Source: Carcharhinus longimanus
Taxonomy: Eukaryota
Direction: 5' to 3'
Assembly (NCBI GenBank): GCA_030264375.1
Contig: JASCQW010000081.1
Location: 60,928,968 to 60,992,967, forward strand
Length of the DNA: 64,000 bases
The notes beneath the pieces were generated by a model. It was not told the origin of the DNA and made no database searches. It was given only the letters and a program-made list of their open reading frames with translations. Positions 1 to 12,236 of this stretch are shown in pieces (position 1 is the first letter of the stretch; each line of letters starts with the position of its first letter). The translations under genes were made by a program, and so were the position numbers.

Positions 1-570
1 ACTCCCAAAGCTTTTCCACCATGTACAAGGCAAAGCCTGAATGGAATGTGTCTGAAGGTCTGTGATGGCATGCTCTTCACTTGCCTGGATGAGTGCAGTT
101 CCCACAACACTAAGTTTGACACCATCCAGGACAAAGCAGTCTGCTTAATTGGCATCCCATTCACTACCTTCAATGTCCACTGCCTTCACCTCCAAAGCAT
201 AGTGGCAGCAGTGTGTACCATTGACGAGGTGCATGACAACCACTCACCAGGGCTCTTTCAACAGCACCCTCTGAACCAACATCCACCTTCTACAAGCAAA
301 GGGACGTCACGTACATGGGATCATCACCACCTGCATGTTGCCCTCCAAACCACTCAGTATACTGACTTAGAACTGTACTGCAATTCCTTTACTGTCGCTG
401 CATCAATATTCTGGTATTCCCTCCTTAACAGCCCCGTGGGTGTTCCTACATCACGCTGACTGCAATGGTCCAAGAAGGGTGCTCACCACCACATCCTCAC
501 GGGCAATTGGAGACGGGCAACAAAAGTGCTGGACAAGCCAGTGACGCCTCTGTCCCATGAAATAATAAAG
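1..570 (+). mobile_element. 3' end of a degenerate CR1-group LINE (second lineage, 'family B')
   Basis: ORF 46..459 retains KFDTIQDKAVCLIG, an RT C-terminal region. The 3' tail (gggcaattggagacgggcaacaaaagtgctgg...cccatgaaataataaa) recurs at 24330-24620, 28780-28858 and 60235-60665. Confidence 0.8.
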
Positions 571-609
571 TAATTCTTGTTCACCATTCTCTGCCTGTCC
601 CTGTACTTT

Positions 610-998
610 NNNNNNNNNNNNNNNNNNNNNNNNNNNNNNNNNNNNNNNNNNNNNNNNNNNNNNNNNNNNNNNNNNNNNNNNNNNNNNNNNNNNNNNNNNN
701 NNNNNNNNNNNNNNNNNNNNNNNNNNNNNNNNNNNNNNNNNNNNNNNNNNNNNNNNNNNNNNNNNNNNNNNNNNNNNNNNNNNNNNNNNNNNNNNNNNNN
801 NNNNNNNNNNNNNNNNNNNNNNNNNNNNNNNNNNNNNNNNNNNNNNNNNNNNNNNNNNNNNNNNNNNNNNNNNNNNNNNNNNNNNNNNNNNNNNNNNNNN
901 NNNNNNNNNNNNNNNNNNNNNNNNNNNNNNNNNNNNNNNNNNNNNNNNNNNNNNNNNNNNNNNNNNNNNNNNNNNNNNNNNNNNNNNNNNNNNNNNNN
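610..998. other. Assembly gap (N run)
   Basis: Direct observation. Other gaps: 6037-6318, 8390-8400, 9693-9702, 11989-11995, 29457-29473, 35720-35819, 42062-42161, 44865-44964, 49513-49575, 53460-53559. Confidence 1.
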
Positions 999-3448
999 CC
1001 CCCCCACCCCTACTTTTTTTTTGAACAATGGAAAGTTTTGCTGTATGGGGAACTGACATCTTCATCAATTTCACAGCAGGCTGCTTTAGTTTGCTTTCAC
1101 TTGAGTGCCTGACAGGATTTTCTCTCATTGCTGTCTAGCTGGGTGAAAGTCTAGACACAGAGATGGAGGACTTACTGGGAATTCACAATGCGATTATTGT
1201 GAATGTTAAGTAGGAGCAGCTTCCCCCGACGTGCAGGCTTCTTGGCCAAACTGCTGGTAAAAAGACTTTTCCCTTTGTTCGTGAAGAGGAGCTAATCCAG
1301 GCTGATGCAGGCTGTGCAGTAAACCTTTTACAAAAAAAACCCATGAGTAGAAGGTGAAAGGTCAGCAGTTTAACCTCTGACCAGAAAATAAGAGGGCAAG
1401 GGAGTTTGAAAATTGTGGAGAAGAACAAGGGAAGAAAATTCTCGAAGGTCTACTCGCCTTGTTTCTCAAAGGCAGGTTAAACAGATGACTGACGGGAATG
1501 GTTACAAGAGTCCTAGTAAAACATGTATGATGTCAAAGTCTAAACGGGTTTTGTACTAATAAGCAAACTGCATTGTTTGCTTTGTGAGTGCATATTTTCC
1601 TTCACAAAACAGACAGCAATGCGAGAGGAAAAGACTGAGCGACACACGAGTGTGGTGTCCATTTGTGAGCTGTCGAAGTCTGATTAATTTCTACTGCTGG
1701 AACCTATAGCGCCACGTTTACTTGGACAGCATCATCACTACAAAGGGATAAAATGTGCAAGTTCTTGACAAAAATGTACTATTGAATAATTTTCAGCAAT
1801 ATGGATCATTAACTGAATTTTTTAACTTTCAGTATTGTGGAAGAGTGGAGTTGGAAGTGTATCATCTTTTTGGTTGCTTTTTTAGTAATTCTTCTGTCAT
1901 GTATGTTTGCTATCTGGGCTTTGTCCCAATCACTTGCTGCTGCCATTGAGGATGTTGCACAGCTTAAAATAAATCCATGTTAGCAAACCTTTCATATCGA
2001 AACTGTAGAGCATTTTACCTCATAGGGCAAATCCGTTTACTTGATTGAAGTTCGCATAATGCTAGCATTCTTACCATCTTGTTCTCTTTGAGAAAGTGTT
2101 CTGTAAGACAAAAGATTCAATATTGTACACATGAAACACTCAACTCAGTATTTCACTCGCACGCATGTGCATTTTAAAAACTCTAACTACGTTTTAACTT
2201 AAGATGTGCATTTTTCCATTGGTGATAAAACGTTTGAGATGTTTTTGAGACCCTCATTTATCTAGCAGTGGTCTCATACATAATGTCAGTGAGATGTAAT
2301 TTTCCCTGTAATTTTTCTCCCCAAACTTTTAATTCCTGTCACCTTTCTGTGTCAAACACCTTTCCAAGCCAAGAAAACAGGCTGGCGATTTTTAAATCTG
2401 AGCTATTGTTTATGCGATTAGCTGTTGTGAGGTGCATAGGGAACTCGGGGTGGTTGGACCTTCTCTCCTTCCTCTGAGCTGTGCTATGACTTGTGTAGTG
2501 ACTTGTGCCCAGGATTGAGTAAGCTAGGAAAGTGCTCCTTGACTTGTGCTTTTTTTGTAATTCTCTAAACTTGTATAAGAATGCATGATTTTTCAGTCTT
2601 ACTTTTGATTGTTGAATTTTGGCTTGGATGTTTGACAGATTACAAACTTGCATCCAAGTTTGTTGCAAGGTTATTTTGCTGTGTGTAGTGTGCAAGTTGC
2701 ATTTTAGCATGTGCATTTTTTTCTTGAGTTATATTTTCGCTTCAGTTTTCCTTCCTTGCATATTTGTAGCCATTGCCGTGTAATTGAAAAATACCAAGAA
2801 CAAAAAATAAATTTCAAGAGGAATATTTTTGTAACGATAAGAGATTCATTAGACACCTTCTGCCTTTAGCTTTCCTGGGTGTCATTTTGAATAAAAGTTC
2901 ACAGTTTCTTTAAAATAGTTGTGCGGTTTTTGTTATGAAGCACACTCTAAAAGCAAACTCCAAGTTCCGTCCAGTAGTTCTGATTTAATTGATTTCAAGT
3001 TTGAAGCACTGCACTTCAGATGTAGATTTAACAGGGAAATCCCAATTCCACTGGAATGGCAGCATATACGGTGCATGTATGTGAAGTGTGCATCTGTTGA
3101 GAGTTAGTATGTTCCCTCGTCCTATCGTAAATGTAAACAGTGGAGTTACAATTGGCAAGATGTGCCACCTATTTTAGTTGGTAAATTATTGTGGCACATG
3201 TATGCTACTGATGGCATTGAAAGTATGACATGCAATCTACTTTTCAGCAATGGTAATTTGACACCTCCCTTAACATGGTGTACAGCTGAAAGATCTTACT
3301 TCGAGCTAATTGTGTCTGTTATGTAGGAATTAACTATATGTGTGAGACTTAAATCATTGTAACGTTTTAAAAATTGTTTTCTATGTTTAGATCAGAGTGT
3401 GTTGCAGATACTGGCTGTCTGACTGTAATTCAAAGGAAGTATTTAAAT

Positions 3449-3906
3449 CAGTGGAGAGCAACCTATGGCCTAGGGGCCACATCAGATTTCTGAGTGGGTC
3501 CACAAGATATTTTGTTGACAGTTGCCCAGGTGCTGAGTTGCCATGTTCTGTTGGTTTCCATCCATGTAGCTTTTTTCCTACCAGTATGACTGAAGTAATA
3601 GGGATGTAAGAGCAAGGGTTGGCGAAGTGAGGTGCATGCTGATTGTACTCAACACTAACTGTGAGAGCCATGTGCTCCCTCTGTGTCCAATTAAGCATAA
3701 ATATTTTTTCTGTGTTTGGGACTTGAAGTTGATGGCTCTATTATATGAATGGTTAAGCATTTTCTATAACTTGTTCTGAACTATTCAACATCTAATCTTA
3801 TTCAAGGGTTGAAGTTAGTTAACAAGCCCAATTTCAATCTTGTGGCCCACCAAGATGAAGCAGGACCATTTGTGGCCTACTCACTAGCCAAGGTTGCCCA
3901 TCACTG
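3449..3906. mobile_element. Non-autonomous hAT (Charlie-like) DNA transposon
   Basis: TIRs cagtggagagcaacct and aggttgcccatcactg match 13/16 as inverted repeats. The 8-bp flanks atttaaat / attcagat match 6/8, consistent with a decayed hAT 8-bp TSD. Confidence 0.7.
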
Positions 3907-5789
3907 ATTCAGATGACATCCAAAAGTAAAACTTGTGAATGATGATGAGTGAAACTTGGTGACAGTAACTCCACCCAAAGTTGATTAAAACAATTAGATA
4001 ATTGCTAGAACATTTTAAAACAAAATAAAATGACTGCTGTTTCAGATATTGCCAAGTATATTTTGATAGGTGAAATGGAAGATTATTGAATTAATATGCA
4101 ACTGCTTCTGAAATGAGATTTATTTTTCAGATTTTCTGAAATTTTAGTCCTTTTTATTCCACTTTTCAACATTTGTGTAATGATTTTTGGCCTGAAGATC
4201 ATTGTCTAATGCATCTAATGTTCATCAAAATGAATTTCTCAGATTCAAGATTATTCAATGTTCATTTTTCTATTTTGGACATTCTCAACCCCCATTAAGT
4301 ACTCGAGAGTCGAGTTAATCTACATTTCCGTAATTGCACTCCATCCAATCTGAGCTCAGGAGTGCACTGTTACCATTTTTAACTGGCCATACAGATCATT
4401 CTTTGGCCTCTGAGCTTTTTCTCTGATCCTATGTAGATAAAGAACTGGGTTTAACCTGCTTGTAATCCATCAGAATCTATGCTACAAACAGGGGAAACCT
4501 CCATCCCAAGATTGTGCTTATTTCGCAGCCAGGTTCCAAGGTTGAAAGGCCGTAATGTTGCTACAGTTACCATGTAAAAAGGTTAATGACGCCCCCCGTT
4601 TAAGTTTTATGTAAGAATTGTGTTGTTAATTTGTGACTGATGGAAATTGGCAGTCTTCTCAGAGAATTTTATCGAATGTATTTTTTTGAATGCGAGGGCA
4701 TTTGACAATTGATACAAATATGAGGAAACTGTAGTTGCTACTCTGACACCGTTGGTTAACATTTGCTCTCAGGAGGCAACTTGTGTGCCATGTTCTACTG
4801 CTTTATACCTGCTTATAAATAATTGCAACTTGTGCTTTGCACCACAGGGAAGAAACATATGTATGCGATCTTTAGAGTTTAGTGGCAAAAGACAAATTAA
4901 TTGTTGGAACACAAGAGATATTTACGACTGGCAACCTTTTTAACCAACCCAAGACTTCTTTTCTCTTTTCAAGCTGCAGTGTAGACTTTCACAGACAGGC
5001 ATCAGAAGAACGTCAAAACATTGATTTTCAGTCAGTCTGCATCTTTGGAGCTTGTCATGGACCTATCAAAGCACAACATCTGTGGTGCTGCAGTCTTTTT
5101 GTTGAAGGTTACTTGCTTTCCAAACCCTGGGGACTGGCAACCCTCTCACCAGTGATGGTTTGATTACTGTGATCACCCACAGCTTCTGAGGGGTGTGAAT
5201 AAAAGAAATTGCTTTTGCTGCCAAGGTGTTTTCAATTCAATTCTCACTCATTAGTCCTCTTTGGTTAAATTCAGAATTGCGAGATAGATACTGAGGCATT
5301 TTCATGAGGAGCCAATCACTTTTAGAAGCAGAGGTTACATTTTAAAGCATACTGCGGTGTTGATTTCAACTTAACCCGAAATGGTGGCTGTTTGCAACTC
5401 TAAAGCCGTTCTGCAGGCTGAAATCACTTTTTTTTCCCCTTCCTTGAATCTTCCGGCCTGTTTGCCTTAACTGCATGCCGGAAAGGATAAGCCTGTGATA
5501 GACATGGAACTTAGTACAATTCATTTGCCACAGCATCAAATCTCTCTTCAACTTGTACACTCGGCTCCTATGGAAATGCCTACGGTGGGCAGTCCTTCAA
5601 GCAGAACCCATTGCTGCATCCTTTTCAGTAGCTTGTTACAAATAACCCCAGTCTTGAGTCATCTCAACAGCTGTTTGATTTAATGGATATTTTCATTTAC
5701 CTCCAGCCTTCTCCTTCCTCTTGAAGTAGATTTCTTGTAACTTTGGTACGCTGCTGAGAATTTGGTATTTGGGCAACTAGTTGCCGTGC

Positions 5790-6362
5790 CAACGCTATAG
5801 TTAAGAAAGTGCATCAATACCTCCACATTATCAGAAGATTAAGGAAATTTGGCATGTCAGTTATGACCCTCACCAACTTTTGCAGACGCACCATAGAAAG
5901 CATTCTTTCTGGTTGTATCACAGCTTGGTATGGCTCCTGCTCTGCCCAAGCATAATTAAGGACCCCACGCACCCCGGACATTCTCTGTTCCACCTTCTTG
6001 TGTCGGGAAAAAGATAGAAAAGTCTGAGGATACGTANNNNNNNNNNNNNNNNNNNNNNNNNNNNNNNNNNNNNNNNNNNNNNNNNNNNNNNNNNNNNNNN
6101 NNNNNNNNNNNNNNNNNNNNNNNNNNNNNNNNNNNNNNNNNNNNNNNNNNNNNNNNNNNNNNNNNNNNNNNNNNNNNNNNNNNNNNNNNNNNNNNNNNNN
6201 NNNNNNNNNNNNNNNNNNNNNNNNNNNNNNNNNNNNNNNNNNNNNNNNNNNNNNNNNNNNNNNNNNNNNNNNNNNNNNNNNNNNNNNNNNNNNNNNNNNN
6301 NNNNNNNNNNNNNNNNNNTTTTTCACTATTTGCTAATACATGTGACAATAAATCAAATGAAT
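5790..6362 (+). mobile_element. Rex1/Babar LINE 3' fragment with internal deletion
   Basis: Co-linear with 8115-8720 (…ggttgtatcacagcttggtatggctcctgctctgcccaag…). Ends in tacatgtgacaataaatcaaat. Confidence 0.85.
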
Positions 6363-7024
6363 AGATCTTAGTCAATTTGTGCTGTGTATCTCTCGTGGTC
6401 ACACACAAGATGACACCAACCTAGACAGTGAGCAATTGTTTGCCTTGCTGAAAACTCATTTGTTGAAATGATGAGAGAATCTATCATCACTAATGTCATC
6501 TTGATGTAGGTTATTGATGATGGAAAAGCAGAAATGGCAAGCTCCACAGTGATCCAACTAAAAAGCCTTGTTTGCAAATGCACTCAATAGACATTATTTG
6601 TTTTAATGTAATTCAAACTCATGGGAAATTTAGCCGTTCTTGTGCACCTACATCTCTAATATTTTAAGAACACTGTGGTTAAGCAAAAATGAGTCACACA
6701 TCTTCACCTATTCATCTGCAAGAAAGCAGATAATTTCTTAACTAATTAATAGCTGATTTTGGGAATTGGAACTGAATGCAGTATTGCTGCAACCAAAATG
6801 GGCATCACCTGATGGACTTGATCTTATTTGAAAGGTGCCTGTGAGATATATAGGCTGCACGTAATCAGTGGGATACTTTGTTGGGTAGGGTTCGCAGTGT
6901 GGGATCATGGACACTTCAAGACCAAAATCGTTGAATTTGCACTTAAAAAACAAATCTTCAAATTGTGGAATAGGTACACACTGTGTACCTATTTTGAAAG
7001 CCAATGCTAGTTGTTTAACGCTTC

Positions 7025-7285
7025 AAGTTTATTTATTAGTGTCACAAGTAGGCTTACATTAACAATGAAGTTGCTGTGAAAAGCTCCTAGTCGCCACACT
7101 CCAGCCCCTGTTCGGGTACATTGGTCATGCTAAATTCTCCCTCAATGTACCTAATCAGCATGTCTTTAGGACTGTGGGAGGAAACCCACGCTGACTCCAC
7201 ACAGACAGTGACTCAAGCTGGGAATCAAAACTGGGTTCCTGACGCTGTGAGGCAGCAGTGCTAACGACTGTGCCACCATGCCACA
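7025..7285 (-). mobile_element. tRNA-derived V-SINE (HE1-like head, alternative 3' tail)
   Basis: Reverse strand reads ggcatggtggcacagtcgttagcactgctgcctcacagc… Tail is shared with the copies at 9578, 24658, 27778 and 29156. Confidence 0.85.
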
Positions 7286-7713
7286 CGTTGAGTAGTACTG
7301 AATGTAATTCTGGCTTTAGAAGCAGAAAAATAAAGATGAACTGAGCAAATTGTTTAAATACATGGCAGATTGTACCATTAGTGTTGGAAGGTTTTGATAC
7401 TGGGGTCTGATAATGAAACTAAAATATAGTAAACATTAAGAAAAAATACTTGCATTAATGTAGCATCTTTCACAATCTCAATATGCTTAAGGGAAAAGGC
7501 ACAGAGATCCTGATAGTAATTTGACTGTCTTGGTGATTCTGATCCCTACACGAGAGTGAATCCCAATCTCACCACTGAAGATCCAGTGGTCCAAACTTCC
7601 AAGCCCTGTCCACTCACTTGGAAACTGTTATCTCTGGCATCTCCATGGTTTGAACTGGTTTGAATAGGCATGGTTTGAATAGGCATGGTTAAATAGGCAA
7701 ACCCCATGGTTTG

Positions 7714-8724
7714 AATAGGTAATAACAACACATCCACGAACAACCTCAAAACAGGTGCCTCACAAGGCTGTGTTCTCAGCCCCCTACTATACTCCTTGTA
7801 CATCTATGACTGAGTGACCACATTCCCCTCCAATTCAATTTTCGAGTTTGCTGACGACACCACTGTAGTGGGTCAGATCTCAAACAATGATGAGACAGAG
7901 TGCAGGAATGAGATAGAGAATCTAGTGAACTGGTGTGGCAACAATAATCTCTCCCTCAATGTCAATAAAACGAAGGAGATTGTCATTGACTTCAGGAAGT
8001 ATAAAAGAGAACGTGCTCCTGTCTAATCAATGGGGATGAAGTAGAAAGGGTCGAGAGCTTCAAGTTTTTAGGTGTCCAGATCACCAACAACCTGTCCTGC
8101 TCCCCCCCACGCTAACACTATAGTTAAGAAAACCCACCAATGCCTCTACTTTCTCAGAAGACGAAGGAAATTTTGCATGTCAGCTATGACTCTAACCAAC
8201 TTTTACAGATACATCATAGAAAGCGTTCTTCCTGGTTGTATCACAGCTTGGTATGGCTCCTGCTCTGCCCAAGACCACAAGGAACTACAAAAAGTGTTAA
8301 ATGTAGCCCAATCCATCATGCACATCAGCCTCCTATCCATTGATTCTGTCTGCACTTCCCGCTGCCTCCACAAAGCAGCCAGTATAATTNNNNNNNNNNN
8401 AGGACACCCCCCCCCCCCCCCCCCCATGCACCCCGGACATGCTTTCTTCCACCTTCAGGAAAAAGGTACAAAAGTCTGAGGTCATGTACCAACCGACTCA
8501 AGAACAGTTTCTTCCCTGCTGCTGTCTGACTTTTGAATGGACTTACCTTGCATTAAGTTGATCTTTTGCTACACCCTAACTATGACTGTAACACTACATT
8601 CTCCACTCTTTCGTTTTCTTCTCCATGAACGTTTTTTTTGATGTATAGCGTGCAAGAAACAATACTTTTCACTATGTTAATACATGTGACAATAATAAAT
8701 CAAATCACATCAAATCAAATCAAA
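7714..8724 (+). mobile_element. 5'-truncated Rex1/Babar LINE (RT domain to 3' end), frameshifted
   Basis: Translates to GASQGCVLSPLLYSLY…FADDTTVVGQISNNDE…WCGNNNLSLNVNKTKEIVIDFRK…YFLRRRRKF…GCITAWYG. Ends in a (caaat)n tail. Confidence 0.9.
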
Positions 8725-9577
8725 CTGAAACTGGGTTGTTTTCTGCATTTCAGATGTAAACCGTAAATGTTTGGTTTTAAAGGATTAGGTTTAGTGATGT
8801 ATGGTAATGGCAGCGTTCACTTCATTTTTAATAATGTATGTCTAAAAGAATGAAATTTTTTTTTGCCTTTTAAAAATGCTGAAGTAACTATTTACTTGGG
8901 GAAGTTAAATCAAGAGTATTTTGAGAAATGTGAAATGGGTGATAGAACTGACAAAACGAAGTGACATGTCAAAGCTTTGGGGAAATGTCATCAGTTTCTT
9001 TTTGACTTGAAGTACTTCCCACTTTCAAACCTGGAACAATCTAACTGCAGGAATAATGTTCTTCAAGTTGCCTATCTGAAATGCCATGAGTATTCAGTGT
9101 GTTATGGTCAACAATAGTAGTGGAATCGGATCTATTGATCAAAATGTCACATAGTTCCAGTGACAGTATGACAGACCGAAAGCATGAAATGCAAATTTTC
9201 CAGCAAGACCTTACCAGGATAATGCACGACCCCCATATCTGCCCATCTGCGATTTAGCTCATCCCCTTCCCCCACGCTGCTTTACTTGGTCATAGTGAAA
9301 TCTTCCTTATAGTCGAAAGGTTTAATTAAGGCAGTTGAAATTATGGAAATTGCTTTGGCATACAGTTCATACAATTGTTAAAATATCTTGTATTGAAGTC
9401 TTCACTGTTCAAGATGCTGTTTCAAAACCAGAAAATAGTTGTTATATTTTAAATGATGTACTTTGGGCATGCAAACCGGCTAGGCTATATACCTGCAAAG
9501 TTAAGTTCACAGCATGCTGATGATAGATGTAAGTTTTCCTATTGACAATAATTGTGCTGAGTTGATTTATTACTGTT

Positions 9578-9750
9578 GCAAGAAGGCTTACATTAATACT
9601 GCAATGAAGGTACTATGAAAATCCCCTAGTTGCCACACTGGGTATACTGAGGGAGAATTTAGCATGGCCAGTGCACCTAACCAGCATGTCTTNNNNNNNN
9701 NNCCACGCAAACACGAGGAGAACGTGCAGACTGTGCAGAGATCGTGACAG
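9578..9750 (-). mobile_element. V-SINE fragment (alternative tail)
   Basis: Matches 24670-24880 (tgagggagaatttagcatggcc…aaccagcatgtc). Confidence 0.75.
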
Positions 9751-10879
9751 AGATGCAAATAACTGTGTTGCAGCTCAGCATCATGAACTCATGAAAATGC
9801 AGTATGATATTGCCCATGTTTCCTCTGGTCAGAATGGTGACAGCTATACGCTGTTACAGTTAGTTATGTTGTTCATTGCACTGCTCAAGGAGTTCTTAGT
9901 TTTGGCTGTCAGCTTCATAAGATATCTACCCTATGATCAGTTTTTTGATTTCTACAATAGCAAGGAGGATGGGAGACATGAGTGTGGTGTCTTAAGGGCA
10001 GTTTTCTTAAAAATAGAAGATGAGAGGTTACAGTGCTAGAGGTGGTATTTGGTCCACCATGTTGTACAAGTCTTGTGCACACTGTAGTTGCCTGAAACTC
10101 ATCCCATTGTTCTGCATTCTCCCCAGAGGCCTGTATTTTGCTCTCTAAAAGATGTGATGAATTTTCCTTTAACATAGTGTTCTCCAAACTATTTTCCAAT
10201 GTTACTCATTTTAAGACCTGAAAATTAATGTGGCCCCAGATGCCAGCAAGAAAGCAGGGTAGGAACATTCAGTGTATAATTACTTCAGTTTACATATTAT
10301 GGAGCAACATATAATGAATAAGACATTGCAAATAAAGTGAAAATTTGTGTTTTAAAGCATGTTGTAAATGATTTATAGGTTTCAGCCAAGTGTGTGTATT
10401 CTTTGATGATAAAAGATTCAGCGAAGCCCCTCTGTCCTCCATCCCCTCGTTATAGTTAGCTGCTTTATATATATGTGTACAGACACATCTAGAGTAAAGA
10501 ACCTGTATAACAGGCAGACAGTAGCAGAAACACACTAAGGTTTGAAGCCATCACTCACCTTCCTGGCTCAGCCACGTGACCTCCAGTTTTTGCCACAGTC
10601 AACACTGACTTGTTTCCATTCTGGTGTTTAACTGCACCACTTGAACTTGCTGTTAGAATTGTTTTTGGCAATCAAGAGCACTTTGGGTTCACTGTTCATC
10701 CCATGCTCTTTGGCAGAACTGACCCTGTGAGACCAGGGCCTTTGATCCACCTTTCCTCTCCACAGTCACTGAGGAAGGGTACCTTGTGTTCCTAAATATG
10801 ACCTCCGTAACCCTATTGGGAGTTCTGACCCAGAGACTGGAAACTTCTGCTTCAACAGTTGTAATGTTCTCCCCTTAAG

Positions 10880-11055
10880 ATACTCGCCATGTGTGTTTTC
10901 CATTCTTCAAAACCCTTGGTCCTCGTTCCGAGTGACATTGACTCTCAAACCAGAGTCAATAGACTTCTTATTCTATCAAAGCCCTTAATATTTAAAATTT
11001 TTTAAAAAATCTCCTCCGCCCATTTTACAAGAGTGAAAATAACCCCAGTGACTCA
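10880..11055 (-). mobile_element. Highly decayed CR1 3' fragment
   Basis: Weak resemblance to the CR1 ORF2 C-terminus seen at 28880-29000 and 61900-62230. Confidence 0.35.
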
Positions 11056-11089
11056 AATCTTTACACTTCAGCTTATGCCTTTACTGACT

Positions 11090-11165
11090 CAATGTCACAG
11101 AGACCTGAAAGCATTAACTCTCTTTCTCTCTTCACTTATGTTGCCTTTCCTGCTGAGTATTTTAA
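11090..11165 (+). mobile_element. Decayed Penelope-like terminal repeat
   Basis: gtcacagagacctgaaagcattaactctctttctctc…cctgctgagtattt resembles 19870-19950 and 32520-32600. Confidence 0.5.
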
Positions 11166-11309
11166 TTAATTTGTTTGTATTGTCCATTAACTTTAACATT
11201 AAGGATATCATTGGAATAAATCTGTTTTGTGCAAGCATTATGGTATATGATATTTCCATTCATGATATACTCGAACATTTCACTTCCATTTGGAGATTTG
11301 TGCATGGAG

Positions 11310-11340
11310 GTGTGTGTCTGTGTGTGTGTGTGTGTGTGTG
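11310..11340. repeat. (TG)n microsatellite
   Basis: Direct observation. Confidence 0.95.
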
Positions 11341-11913
11341 AGATCTCAGTACACGGGTACTCAGTTTCCAACCGTGTATTCTGAATGGTGTAAGGACGAC
11401 AGTGTTGCAAGATTGCAGCTGGTGCCATATTGGTAGGTGGAGCAGAACTAAACTGAATCAGTAACTCTGCTATCTGCAACTCTCAGGTGTGTTTTCCAGC
11501 TCCATTACAGAAATTGAAATGATCAAGTTCTCTAATTTCTAAATATATTTTGGTTTGAGAGTTGAATGTTTCCAAGTTGAGGGATATGAGTGTCGGCACA
11601 GAAATTTTGTACTCCCTGTTTAAATCAAGCCCAGAAAACACTGGAAATAAATGAGGCTTCTTGTGCTATGCTTTGGTAGAACAAAAAACAAACTTTGCTG
11701 CACAGCCTGCTATTTCCATTGCCCGTACCAGCCATTCTAGGGAGGGAAAAGAGATTCCATTGTGTGTTATGTGGGAAAGTATTGTGAATGCATTTATAAA
11801 GATCAGGTTCATTATTTTGTTAAGCTTAGCACAAGAATGTATTTTTGCCACCCCACTCTGTCCGTCTGACCTTGTCTGAGTGAATGGCACATTTCACTTG
11901 TGCATTTGTGACA

Positions 11914-12236
11914 GGCGGCACGGTAGCACAGTGGTTAGCACTGCTGCTTCACAGCTCCAGGGACCTGGGTTCGATTCCTGGCTCGGGTNNNNNNNATGGG
12001 TTGCCTCTGGGTGCTTCGATTTCCTCCCACAGTCCAAAGATGCGCAGGTTAGGTTGATCGGCCACGCTAAAATTGCCCCTTAGTGTACTAGGATGCTTAG
12101 GTTAGAGGGATTAGTGGGTAAAATATGTAGGAATGTGGGGGTAGGGCCTGGGATGAGGGTTGGTGCAGACTTGATGGGCCGAAGGGCCTCTTTCTGCACT
12201 GAAGGGTTCTGTGATTTCTATGATTTCTATGATTTT
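11914..12236 (+). mobile_element. HE1-type V-SINE, near full length
   Basis: tRNA-like head with A box and B box (gggttcgattcc), V-domain (ttcctcccacagtccaaagatg), and CR1-type tail gatgggccgaagggcctc…(tttctatga)n. Confidence 0.9.

Noticed and set aside
451-1128. Long ORFs spanning N runs (also 5814-6408, 35571-35964, 41710-42326)
   Set aside because: Their length comes from untranslatable Ns.
1485-1530. ATG-initiated MTDGNGYKSPSKT followed by GTATGA
   Set aside because: Weak donor and unrecognised peptide. Not enough for an exon call.
8407-8425. Poly-C tract inside Rex1
   Set aside because: Next to a gap, and the sister copy has only cccc. This is slippage or a sequencing artefact.
10937-10960. 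Perfect 9-bp hairpin attgactct/agagtcaat; also the 14-bp palindrome at 28133-28146
   Set aside because: Short enough to occur by chance or by local template switching. No functional context.
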